Shown one piece after another: positions 24,670-37,000 of a stretch of DNA of 64,000 nt. The notes under the pieces are model-generated. The model was not told the DNA's origin. It saw nothing but the letters and a program-made list of their open reading frames with translations, and searched no databases. The stretch is from Lytechinus pictus (lineage: Eukaryota). How positions within the stretch are numbered: the stretch's first letter is position 1; each line of letters starts with the position of its first letter. Made by a program: the position numbers and the translations under genes. The DNA lies in contig NC_087263.1 of NCBI RefSeq assembly GCF_037042905.1, positions 11,968,001-12,032,000 on the forward strand, read 5' to 3'.

Positions 24670-25030
24670 ATCCTCCCACTCCTCTTCCTCCTTCTTTCTT
24701 CTCCTTCATCATCATTGTCTTCTTCTTATCCTCCTCATCATTCTCCTTCTCCTATTCATTTTCCTTCTCCTCCCTCTCCTTCTCCCTCTCCTCCTCCCTC
24801 TCCTCCTCCCTCTCCTCCTCCTCCTTCTCCTCCTCCTTCTCCTCCTTCTCCTTCTCCCTCTCATCCTCCCTCTCCTCTGAGCTCCTTCTCCTCCTCCTCT
24901 TTCTCCTCCTTTTCCTTCTCCCTCTCATCCTCCCTCTCCTCCTCCTTCTCTTCCTTCTCCTCTCTCTCCTCCTTCTCCTTCTCCTCCTTCATCTTCTTCC
25001 TCTTCCTCTTCCCCTTACTTTTTCTCTTTA
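24670..25030. repeat. (CCT/CTT)n polypyrimidine low-complexity tract
   Basis: Direct reading; it is the source of the Pro/Ser/Leu-rich ORFs. Confidence 0.92.
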
Positions 25031-25317
25031 TTAAGTGAAAGTGAGCAGTGTGTATTTTTACATCACAGGTTTGACCAGTACACTCTAAATTTCAAGGATA
25101 TCAGATTGGATGCAAAAATATAGCATCCAGCTGAACGTAACAAGCAATCAATTTTTTTACTCTTACAATACAAAAATCCTATTTTGGGATAGATTTTAAC
25201 ATAACATCCAGAAAGGAAATTTTCACCAATTTTCCTTTCCCTTTTTTCTCCTTTTTTTTCTTGAGTCAAGAAATTTTTCCCCCTCCCCATCTGTATGACA
25301 GTGATACTTGCATTTTA

Positions 25318-26143
25318 GGCTGCGTTTATGCGACCTCAAGCCAGAATCATGATTTGAATCATGATTCGAATCATGATTCAAAACACAAACATGAATCACA
25401 ATATCACAGAATCAGCGTTTAGACGACCTTCATTCCAATGCTGTTTCTCCTCAGATTCGGGCCAATCCAGTGCGCATCACTAGTGCGCAGTTTGACAGAG
25501 GAAGTTTTTCGCACGTGTTTCGGCTCTCGAAAAATCTTTTGCTTCCAGAATTCAGTCTATACCTCATCATGTTTACGTCTATCATATAGGGTCCATAATT
25601 ATGCTTCTATTCATCTTGTTAGTTTATCCAAAATGGTGTTCGGAAATGAATTTCAGCGTAGATTCAATTTAATATTGGTACTGTATACTCAACAACAACT
25701 GGGATCATTGTCTGTCCAGTTAATTAATTTACTAGAACTTGAAGTTGAAGACATGACCAAAAAATGAAAAGTAGTGGACGATGCGATGACCAACACAGAA
25801 CTTGAACATGACAAGAAATGCATGCGTAGTACATAATCATGTGCATACAATGAGCATGTAGAGTGCCTTGAGCTTGACAAGAGTCAATCCGAAAGTAGCC
25901 CGACACAACAGTGAGGTCATAGAATCATGATTGTAATCACGATATCGTTTATTCGAACATTTTCGTACGTGATTCTGCAGAAACGTCTTTCCAAACGCCC
26001 CTTTTTTCGTGTTTCATGTTTGTGATTCTAATCATGATTATATTCAATTTCGACTAAACGCAATCGTGATTCTGCAGAATCATGATTTGAATCATGATTC
26101 AGATCATGATTCTAGGGTAAAAAAGTGTCGGATAAACGCACCC
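25318..26143. mobile_element. PIF/Harbinger-type non-autonomous element, TTA TSD
   Basis: TTA|GGCTGCGTTTAT...ATAAACGCACCC|TTA; arrays of palindromic GAATCATGATT near both ends. Confidence 0.82.
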
Positions 26144-27272
26144 TTAGTCGGTCTTGCAGTGTAACACTAGTGTGTTCAATACCATAAACATCAGGGAGAG
26201 TTTACTGTCTCACCGTAACACAATGGATGGGTTGTCCTGTGATTTAAATATGACCTCCTGACCGAAGAAGATAGATGGGATTTACACATGCCGCCCTGAT
26301 AATTCATTCAGAAAATTGTCAGATAGATACAAATGGAGTAGAATGTCATCCTGACCTTGAGTCCACTTTAACTACATGTACGAACTATGTGTCCATGCTG
26401 TAACATGTAGGCCTACCCAGCCAGGTCATATAGCTGGGAATTCAACAATTTTTATTTTTTACAAAATTGTTTTTCAAAATAGCAGGCCTATATTTTTCTT
26501 CATAGTTTAAGTTAATATGCAAATTTTTTACAAGCAATTTTTTTGTTAACTTTTCAATTGGAATTTGTGTGCCCAATAAATTCAAATTATTATCATCATT
26601 GATATATTATCTTCATTTAAAGAATAAAATAAGATATTTGCCTATTGGGAGAGAAATAGCAAGTAAATAATGTGTAATATTTCTTTTTTTTTCCTTTTTA
26701 TTAAACAGACACCAAGCATTCTTGTAACACTTTCAAATTTTCAGGTGATAAAAGGGTGAGAAAAAAGGCATGTTTCAATACATTCCTTGCACCTTCTCGA
26801 TCTTGCCTGTTGCTGCATTGCCAATTTACCAACTGCACTCTTTTCAAAGATCAGGATAGGATGTTAAGAAGAATTTATTTTTAAAATAACCAATACAAGC
26901 TTCCTATTTTTTCTCCCAAATAAAAGACAATGCATATTCTGTAATTTTGTCCAACTAATCTTAATAAAAGACTTGGAAAAGGGCATTCTCAAACTTTGTC
27001 TCCTGTTCTCATTAATCAGCTGGTTACCCTTTCTATGAAATTTAATTTTACATTGCCAATTTACCAATGATGCTCATTTTAAAGGTTAGAATATGATGAC
27101 ATGAATAAAAAAAAATGAAAAGGGGCTTCAATGTTATGAATACACATCTCTTTGTGTTTCTATTTTTCTTTTGACTTAAAGGCAACAACCTTTTCTTTCA
27201 CAGTCTATCCTATTTTTGGGTGATAAAAGAGTGAGAAAAAAAGACATTCTCCAATACTGCCCCTTCCTCTTC

Positions 27273-27533
27273 TAGCCTATAATCTAGGCGGAGGCTGCAG
27301 TAATTGTCTTTGCTGTTACGCTGAACGCAAGAGATACGTCTGATCTGGCGAAGACTACGTACATGTATTTGTGGATGCGAAGCATCCATCCACAAATGCG
27401 TAGTCTTCGCCAGATCAGACTATCGCTTGCGTTCCATCCACAAATGCGTAGTCTTCGCCAGATCAGACGTATCTCTTGCGTTCAGCATAGCAGCAAAGAC
27501 AATAACTGCAGCCTCCGCCTAGATTATAGGCTA
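27273..27533. mobile_element. Foldback TAG..CTA element with ~85-bp near-perfect inverted arms
   Basis: TAGCCTATAATCTAGGCGGAGGCTGCAG...CTGCAGCCTCCGCCTAGATTATAGGCTA; no TSD evident. Confidence 0.75.
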
Positions 27534-27559
27534 TGGAATTCTATGTTGAATCGCTACAT

Positions 27560-28890
27560 CAACCGCGTAGCCAGGATTTAATTTTGGAGGGGGGGGCGGT
27601 AAGTGCATGCGAAGCGTGCCAACACTTACAGAGCGCGCTCCCTAGGTGGGAGTTTCCCCCCTCCCGTGCGGAGCGTGAAGTTTTTGATATCTCATCAAAT
27701 TCAAGTCAAAAGAAGGCGTCTCTACTACCCTTATCAACTCGAATATTGATTTGCTATGATTAAAACAAAATTGTTTTCTAATTATGAGTGCCCCAAAAAT
27801 GGGAAAAGATTGACGAATTTGAAATGATTCCTCTTACCGCGCGAAGCGCGGAAGCTTTAAAAGTTTTATAAAAATAGAGAACAGAAATGATTATGCCTAC
27901 CTTGGTCACATCAGATTTGATTGTAAAAAAGTGTATCCACATTAAATTTCGTTAACTCAAGTTGCAAAACAGAGTAGAAGACGGGTATATACAGGAAGGG
28001 AATAGGTGCTATTCCTTCCCGCGAATGGTGTTGAAGCTCTAAATATTAAAAAAAAATCTCTGAAACTTTAACCTGTTCTAATTTTGATATGTTTTAGATT
28101 ATATATAATTCGATTAAGAAGAAAAACAAGCTCAAAATGTGAAAGGGATGATGCAAGCTAGGAGAGGGACTTTTCCTTTCCCAAGCATGCTCGCGAAGCA
28201 AGGAAACCTTTGTGATTTATTTTGGAAATTTTTTTTTGTGATTTCGCTCATATTAAGCGCCTTGTTTTGATTAAGAAACTTCAGTGATATTCCAAATTTC
28301 AAATCAATGGCACAAAAAAAGACATGGATGTGCAGCAATACAGATTAAGGTTTAATATCGTACATCCTCTTGCATATAGCACGACACGAATTTAATGCCT
28401 CCCCTTTGATCAGATACTTTGCCAAAAATTACTTGCTGAAAAGCGGAAGAAATAGCATTTGGGGACTCCGGGAGTGACGGTAATGTTTACCCGCTCCGAA
28501 CAGAAGAGCCAAACTTTTGTGTCAATGCAATATTTGAAAAAAATACTTGTCATTCTCTTTACACCCATGTATACTTTATAATTTCTGGCTAGAATATACG
28601 ATTCCCACAGCCGGAAAGGGGAAAAACGGAGTAGAAAAAAGTTGTGGGAAACAAAAGGGAATGTCAATTTTGATATTTTTCCCGCGCAGAGCGCGGAAGC
28701 AAAATCCTGTATGAGAGAGAAGAATGTCTCGTTTAGGTTTTAATCTTTTAACCAATAAAGAAGGGAAAAAACAACAAAGCTTTACCTTTCTTCCCTTTTC
28801 TCCTTTCGCTTTTTCTTTTTCTCCCTTTATCCTTTTTTTTTCGTTTTTGGGGGGGGGGGGCGACCGCCCCCTCGAAGGATAGGGTACTAT
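27560..28890. mobile_element. Probable larger non-autonomous DNA element
   Basis: Starts CAACCGCGTAGCCAGGAT..GGGGGG, contains recurrent GCGCGAAGCGCG-like motifs, and interrupts a host repeat (ATGTTGAAT(C)GCTACAT on both sides). The right terminus is unclear. Confidence 0.45.
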
Positions 28891-29377
28891 ATGTATCCCA
28901 TGTTGAATGCTACATTGCCAGTTTACCGACTGCACCGCCTTCAAAGGTTAGAAAAGGATGTTATGAATAAAAAATGAAAAAGGGGTTTAATGTTTTTGTG
29001 TTGTGATAAAGGATAGCCTAAAGCCTGTGATTGTGTTTACGAGCTAGCTAGTAGACATCTGTTCTTCATCTATAATTGATAAAGACATCATTCATCCACT
29101 ATGACAGTTGCCTGTAGGCTTGGTAATGGTCGTTGTCGATGGTCGATGGTTGGTGCCGACTGTCATGGTCATTGTGGCTCCTTCAATTGCCTTGAACATG
29201 TTGGAAAGTATAAACTAATGGGGATGCTATTGAACATAATTTCTTGTCTATCTAATATCGTGGCCTATGAATGTATTGTAACATTGCAGAGGGATGTATC
29301 ATCAGTGAAAATAGGAGAGAAGAAGAGGATTTTATCCAAATCATGACAGCATACAGAGCAAAAGTCTGCGGTATTAA

Positions 29378-29751
29378 AGGGGAAGTTCACCCTGACAAAG
29401 AAGTGTGTTTTAAAATACGAGAAAAAATTGTAAAAAACGTTGATGAAGGCTTGAGGATAATCCATCAAAGATTAGAAAAGTTATTAGAATTTTAAGTTTT
29501 TTATTTGTGATGTCATATACGATCAGCTGCTTCATGCTCTAATCTAAACTTTTTATGCATAAGTTTCAAATTCTAAAACCGGTTTAAAAAATTTGATTTC
29601 TTTACCATATAATATGTTGGAAAGCTGCTGCATCATAACAAATGAATAACATTTTCATTCTTTGATGGATTTTCTCAAAACTTCACCAGTTATTTTTTAT
29701 TATGTTTATGCTATTTTTACAATAAACTTTTTGCCAGGGTGAAGTTCACCT
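29378..29751 (+). mobile_element. Kolobok-type MITE family C, internally deleted/diverged
   Basis: TTAA|AGGGGAAGTTCACCCTG...CAGGGTGAAGTTCACCT|TTAA. Confidence 0.8.
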
Positions 29752-29764
29752 TTAAATGTTAATA

Positions 29765-29949
29765 CAGTGAAACCTGTCTAGATAGTGACCACCCAATGGA
29801 AACACAAAATGTGGCCTTTTTAGACAGGTGACTGCTATAGACAGGTTCTTATACACACAATCTGCCTCCGTGGGAATCAGTTTTATTGGTCACTATAGGC
29901 AGGCCCCGTGGCCACTTTAGACAGGTGGCCACTAACACAGGTTTGACTG
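29765..29949. mobile_element. Tc1/mariner (pogo-like) MITE, TA TSD
   Basis: TA|CAGTGAAACCTGT...ACAGGTTTGACTG|TA; internal TAGACAGG repeats. Confidence 0.75.
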
Positions 29950-30273
29950 TATTTCTAAAAGGATTATGCAAGTCGTTTTACATTTTACACCTGAGTAGAG
30001 TTCATGATTATTACTTTGTGTGCAAAATATAGGGCGTAGTTTTAGTGCTTTAAACTTTAGGACTTAAAGTCGCATCAGCAGTTTTAACACCCCAGTTTTC
30101 AGATTTAAAATTTACAAACTTAAGATATGTTGAGGAAAAATTGAGCTTGAACATAGTATAAAATGGGTAGATAAAAAGACATTCAGAATTGAAGAAATGT
30201 AAAAGGCATCAAATGATGTAGGTAGGTGGGTCCTGTGATAAATTTGAGAACAAGTTGACAGTTTCTGTTTCAG

Positions 30274-31222
30274 TTTTTATCTCACCTGCATAGCAGAGTG
30301 AGACTATAGGCGCCGCTTTTCCGACGGCGGCGGCGTCAACACCAAATCTTAACCTGAGGTTAAGTTTTTGAAATGACAGCATAACTTAGAAAGTATATGG
30401 ACCTAGTTCATGAAACTTGGCCATAAGGTTAATCAAGTATTACTGAACATCCTGCCTGAGTTTCATGTCACATGACCAAGGTCAAAGGTCATTTAGGGTC
30501 AATGAACTTAGACCATGTTGGGGGGATCAACATCAAAATCTTAACCTAAGGTTAAGTTTTTGAAATGTCATCATAACTTAGAAAATATATGGACCTAGTT
30601 CATGAAACTTATACATAAGGTTAATCAAGTATCACTGAACATCCTGCATGAGTTTCACATCACATGACCAAGGTCAAAGGTCATTTAGGGTCAATGAACT
30701 TTGGCCGAATTGGGGGTATCTGTTGAATTACCATCATAACTTTGAAAGTTTATGGATCTGATTCATGAAACTTGGACATAATAGTAATCAAGTATTACTG
30801 AACATCCTGTGCAAGTTTCAGGTCACATGATCAAGGTCAAAGGTCATTTAGGGTCAATGAACTTTGGCCAAATTGGGGTATTTGTTGAATTACAGCCATA
30901 AATTTGAAAGTGTGTTGTTCTAGTTCATAAAACTTGGACATAATAGTAATCAAGTATCACTGAACATCCTGTGCGAGTTTAAGGTCACATGATCAAGGTC
31001 AAAGGTCATGTAAGGTCAAAGAACTTTGGCCACGTTGGGGGTATTTGTTGAATTGCCATCATATCTCTATAAGTGTATTGGTCTAGTTCATAAAACGTGG
31101 AAATAAGAGTAACCAAGTATCACTGAACATCTTGTGCGAGTTATAGTAGTTTTCAAAATCAGCACTGCTGCTATATTGAATCGCGTGATGCAGGTGAGAC
31201 GGCCAGAGGCATTCCACTTGTT
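30274..31222 (+). mobile_element. Helentron-associated (HINE/DINE-1-like) non-autonomous element with internal tandem array
   Basis: T-run, 5' subTIR TCTCACCTGCA with adjacent partial inverse GCAGAGTGAGA, (GGC)n, one ~192-bp and three ~163-bp tandem units plus a partial unit, 3' subTIR TGCAGGTGAGA, and end CACTTGTT; near-identical to 50003-50970. Confidence 0.85.
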
Positions 31223-31357
31223 CATATTAATGCACAAGTTTTGTAACAAATGTGTTATCAGCCAATCAAATTGGATGATTTCAGGAGCTTTAAACTGATA
31301 TTGTTTTATGAAACAGGACCCAGGTGTCCCCAGGTGTTAGAAAAAGGGATGATTCCA

Positions 31358-31630
31358 GGGGCCCGTCGTACAAAGATTTGCAATTGATCCGATCAATCGC
31401 AACTATTGACGGCCAGCAACATCAACATGTATTATTCATGTTTGTTCAAAATATTTTCTAACTATGATTTATATTCTTGCATTCATTGTTTTCTTGAAAA
31501 TTCACTGTGCTTCTCTTTGTTTAAAAAAAAGCATTGTGCAAATTTCCTGAAGAAAAAATTATGACACTGATGGATTTCCATAGAGTTATGATTGATTGGA
31601 TCAATCATAACTCTTTGTAAGACGGGCCCT
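31358..31630 (+). mobile_element. Harbinger-like MITE (GGGCCCGTC termini)
   Basis: GGGCCCGTCGTACAAAGA...TCTTTGTAAGACGGGCCC; a reverse copy lies at 44428-44704. Confidence 0.72.
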
Positions 31631-32061
31631 GAATAAGAGTGGAAAGAAGTAAAATCAACCCCTACATAAGTACATTCCCATGCACTTAATTGATATTCTT
31701 GATACAATTGGAAATGTCTAGTGAATTTTGCTGAAGATTTATGATTGCCAGTTAATCTAAATTATGGAACACATGAATCATTTTATTCCCTAGCAAAATA
31801 TTGTGATATGAATATTTTGACAAGTATTGCATAGACCACTCCATCAAAATGTTATATATGTATTTTGAATATGAAGGAACCAAATATCGTGGGGGGGGGG
31901 GGGAGTTTCGGACTTGAGCTTTTTCTGCGGTTTTGGGAGTTTAGTCTTAATTTTCAGTTTGATCAAGGAGAAGCTCCTTGGTTTGATTCACTCGGCATGC
32001 TGTAAACATTAAAATAGAAGGCACAAAGTTATTAGTTCATAGTTAGGCTTATACCGTGTCT

Positions 32062-32281
32062 CAGGGGCGGATCCAGGATTTTTCAAAGGGGGGGGGGGTA
32101 CATGTTCCCTCTGAAAAATGTGACATGCAAAAAAAAAAGGGTTTTAACCAAAAATTAAAGGGGATTTCATCCACACACAAAATTTGACAAGCAAAAAAAA
32201 AAAGATTTTCACTTTCGAAAGGGGGGGGGGGCACCCTTCTGTTTTAACGGCATGTTGCCCTCCCCCCTGGATCCGCCAGTG
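32062..32281. mobile_element. hAT-type MITE, 8-bp TSD
   Basis: CCGTGTCT|CAGGGGCGGATCCAGG...CCTGGATCCGCCAGTG|CCGTGTCT. Confidence 0.88.
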
Positions 32282-32880
32282 CCGTGTCTTGTACACTTTG
32301 TATACAGTAAAACTCCATTTGAAATTTGTATACAATGCTTTTTACAGTATGAACTTTACAGTAGCTGTTTTGACAGTTTAGTTCTCGAGCTTCAAGGTTA
32401 CTAGTCTAAAATCTCACGCTTAACTTTCAATGAAGCATGATTACTTACACTGTTAATCAACTGCTGTAAAGTTCATGTGGTATAACAGTATTGTATACAA
32501 TTTCAAACAGCGTTTTTACTGTGTATGAAATTTGGTCTGGGGCTTTAACATGTCGCATTTGGGATGCTACAAGTGTTAGCCACCTACTTACACATGCATG
32601 CCAAAAATAGGGCCGTGATTTCTTGAGCAAGTCAGTGAGATAATCAACATATTGATTTGTGAGCTGTCTCATCTTTTGATTGATGATACCCTCGGCCTAT
32701 CAGGGGGTAATCTCTCGGAAAACAAAACTTTCTCTGGCAGAAACGTAAAGAAAATAAAGATGGCCGCTCCCTGGAATACGTAGCCCTTACCTTTGTAATA
32801 TCCTAATGGACTATTGTTTATACTGCGGCGTGTGATAATGGAAGATAGGCCCTCCTCCCTTCATCTTCGCCTCAGAGATT

Positions 32881-33640
32881 CCACAAGATGATGAGGATGA
32901 CTCTTTGAGTCAAGGGCACATTTACACTGGAAAGTTATTCCGTTGAATACAATTTGCTCTTGGAGCATGACAGTTATATAGAGACCCACCTCCCTTCATC
33001 TATTGCTATGATTATGAAGATGACTTTTGAGCTTTTGGCACAGTCACACTAAACAATTAGTCCATAGAACACAATATTTTCAAACATTAGAGGAATATGA
33101 CTTTAGCTTAGGGAAAAAAACCAGTGAAATACAAATTTATCATGCAATTGATATGATGAGGATAACTCAAGGACACGTTCACACTTAAAAATCACCCCAT
33201 TGACCACAATTTGTCATGGTTCTGTATTGAGGATGACTTTCGGGCCAAGGGCTTGTTTACAATAAGAAAAATAACCTATTGAACATTATCATATGTAATG
33301 ATGATAATCAAAATGACTTCTAAGTTGAGTGCTCATTCACACTGAAAAATTAATATGTGTATTATATGATTTTTTTTGTCAAAATGGATATGAAAAATGG
33401 ATATGATGATGACTTTTGAGTCAAAGGTTCGCTCACTCTGAACACTTTTTTGTTGTCTAAGGAAGATGGTGAGGATGTCTTTTTGAGCTTAGGGCCTGTT
33501 TACACTAAAGGATTAACCCATTGAACATGAATTCGATTTTTAATGTGAGGATATGTGTTTAAAGCAAACTTCATGGTCTGACTGAAAAATTAAAACTTTG
33601 AACAGGATTCATCATCTACATGAAGATGATGAGGTTAACC
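32881..33640. repeat. Old degenerate minisatellite (~70-80-bp unit, ~9 copies)
   Basis: Recurrent GATGAGGATGACTTTTGAG...GGGC...TTCACACT...AAAATT...CCATTGAACA. Confidence 0.7.
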
Positions 33641-33826
33641 TGTGATTTGAATTTAGTGGGGTGTTTCTACCATTCAATTAAGGTATACCATTTTCTCCAT
33701 CCTTATTTTGAAAAGTTAATGGGGAATGCTGGTCTGTGTAAAAAAACTTTGTTCTGGTAGAGCTTGTAATAGTTGGCTGTAGTTTATGTATGCCTACATA
33801 TGTAGGCCTGCCTAGCGATAAGAACC

Positions 33827-34036
33827 TAGTCTGCAAGCTCAGACTCATATTTGACACTTTAACCATATTTCTCCCTCCATGCTTTAACCAATAACAGGTC
33901 TAGAGGAAAAACTAGATGCCAAAGGCTCTGTCTATGTCAAATAGAGCCAGCCTCAGTACTTAGTGAATCTAGTCTCACTACTTCAGACTCTGCATTATGC
34001 GAATTGCGAAAACCACGGGTCTGTGCCTGCAGACTA
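33827..34036 (+). mobile_element. TAG..CTA MITE with 9-bp TSD (AcademH-type)
   Basis: TAGTCTGCAAGCTCAGAC...GTCTGTGCCTGCAGACTA; flanks ATAAGAACC/ATACAAACC. Confidence 0.75.
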
Positions 34037-37000
34037 ATACAAACCCTCCAATCACACCCTCTACTCTTTGCCTGATAGCATCCTTTTCTTTTCCACCCCT
34101 CACCATCCTTTTCACTTCTTTCCTCCCCTCTCTCCCTCCCCTCTCCCCTTCCCTCTCCCCTTCCCTCTCCCCCTCCTTCCTACCCCTTCCCCTCCCCCTT
34201 CCTCTTTTCTATCTCTCTCTTTCTTTCTCTCTATTTCTTTCCCTTTTTGTTTCTTCCCTCATCCCCCTCATCAATCTAGTGCAGTTCAAAAGTGCAGAGG
34301 GGGAAAAGTACAATACACGCCTCCGCGTGAACATATCATCACAATATGAACCTAAAGTGGTATGAACGGCCCTGGTGTAATTATCTAGAAGCAATATGGT
34401 ACTAATCTCCCCTGCCCATAGGGAGAAAGATAGCGAGAGAAGAAAGGTTTCAATCCATGGAGAAATAAGAAGATGAAGATGAAGAAGATGAACATTTCTC
34501 TCAATCAGACTATCTTTTCTTGCTGCCGCCCTAATGCCTGAGTCATGTCTAGGTCCATTATTTGACCATCGTTGATTGCAAGTGATGATAGAGGATAGGT
34601 TCTTTTTATACCGGGCCAAAGAACTACACAGAGCAAGTGGAGATTCACCCCCATAAATGTATACCATATTTATCAAAATAACCCTTTTATTCATGTAGGT
34701 ACGTTAACTGCATTAATGCTTCATTGGCAAATATAAAATAGCATTTTGAAATGCTCCTTTTAAACACACTTCTCCAGAGTATTATTTTTTTCCAAACTGA
34801 ATCACCCTATTTTTAAAGCAGTAGGTCTATATCAGGGTAGGAGCTATTTCAGGGGCTATTTTAGAACTGTGGGGGCTATTTCTTTATTAAAGGGTTAGAT
34901 TTTCGTACACAAACAATTATACTGTATATTATTTCTCATAAATGTATGTAGAAAATATATTTTCTAAACTTTCTTGAATATTATTTATGGAAATACACTT
35001 ATGTTTCAGATCATAGCAGAATCATATAAACAAACATTTGTTGGCCTACATATTAATATTAAGAATAATCTTATGATTATATGCTTCCCCAGAAACTGTC
35101 TCATTGGAGAAATGCTGATCGTAACGGCACCTTTTGGTTCATACTAAATAATTAACAATTTAATGAAAATCGGGAATGGCATCTAGACATAGTTTGAACC
35201 TCAACAGAGCCCTCTTTTGGGGCTGAAAAATGGAAGCATAGATGCACTGGAAGTTTCACAAGAGCCCCGGTAATGTAACGATGCAATGAAGTTAGGAATG
35301 AACAATATTAGAAACCTGTTTTTTTATTTCTTCATACCTGTCCAGTATGCAATGTTCCCTTTCCCATACAGGAAAATTTATTTCATACTTAGGGCTGATA
35401 TGGGAAGGAATATGAAGGGTGAGAAAAGTGGTAAAATAGAATAGATGTTTTTGAAATTGCTTGGAGGACTCTTAAAGAAGAATAAGGGGGTAAAATAACG
35501 ATATATGTATTAGGTATTATTCCAGGCTAAGAATAATGATAATCTTTAAGATGTCATAACTTCATCATTCCTTGCTTGGTTTTGACCAAATTTTCAATGT
35601 TTTGTTTGTCTGATTTTTTTTTGCTGTTCAAGTCATATTATTTTCAGCCGGGAGTACCATACCTACCCCCTTTAATTATGTAGGGCCTACACAGTCATGA
35701 TTCATCTGGATGACAAATGTTAATTTAAGAACTAATAGATGATTGTTTCTTCATATTTTCTCCCTGGATGATGGATGTTGATTTAATGAGCTAATAGATG
35801 ATGTTTTCTTCATCACATTTTTTTTCCTCTAAAGGAATATGACAATTTACAAAATACAAAATATCCTGGAAAGGGCACTCATACTTTCACAATGCTTTGA
35901 GCAGAGGATGCATCTTTCCAGAGATGATGGAATTTGATGATGAAAGTTGAAAATGACCAATGGATGTAGGGAGTTCCTATCCATCAAACAATTCTACCTG
36001 TCCATTATCCCTATAACTCATGTCTTTATTCTGTCATCTGACCTGCAAGGTGCACTGTAAAAGCTACAAAAAGGAGTTTAAATTTATTATGAATTCACGT
36101 GTAGTCAAAGTGAGCAAAAAATTTTGGGAAATGTCTTGAAAATTGAAGTGAATTTATATATTTTATGAGTAAAGCTCTGAAAGCTTAAGAAGCAAGACAT
36201 TGTGGAATAAAAGATAGTATTAAAATTTCCTTATTTTGCTCATTAAAATACCAAGAAGAACTCATCTCTGTTCCAGCATCACGCAATTAAAAGCAGACAC
36301 TTTGATGGTTATCTTGTTGTATTTTCTTGAAATTACTCTCTGATACTTTTGAACTTTTTCTAACTTTTTAACAAAATATGCCGACCATGTGATTCCTGCA
36401 ACTTTATTTTGACTCAAATTACTGAGTCGCAGTGGGTTGGTTTGCATTTATGTTTGGGAAAATGAGGTAATAATGATACAGATTTGAAGTACATAAAATG
36501 ACGATTTAAGATTGCCAGTATTAAAAAGTGAACAGAATAAACATGTAATGAATAGTAGTCAATAAATATAGAGAGAGGGGTCATTGTTACCACTCAAGGC
36601 AGTATGTTCCTTTGCAAACAGACATATTGTTTGTAAACATGAAAAAATAAACAAATTAAAGGATATAAAAAATTCAACTACATATGAACAACCAGCCTTC
36701 CCCTTAATACACAAAATGGTACTTCCCTATTTCATCTGTGATATGATGTAAAATTTAAAAGCACCTTCAACTTCATCCAAATCAATGTCTGAATGTCTGA
36801 CTAAATTCATACCGTCAATGTCTAAAAATACCTTTGATTGAAATGAAGTATTGGTAGAATACTTTGTCCTTTCCATCTTTACTTCAATCTAACGTGATTA
36901 TCTCCCCCCATAATCCACCTTTCTCTATTAGCCTAGCACTCCGTGCGACTCCATGCTGGTTTAATGAGTCCCACAGCGGCGGCGTGACGAGGCGGCAGCC

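Noticed and set aside
24602..25038. Extensin-like Pro/Ser-rich ORF
   Set aside because: (CCT)n low-complexity tract with no splice or domain support.
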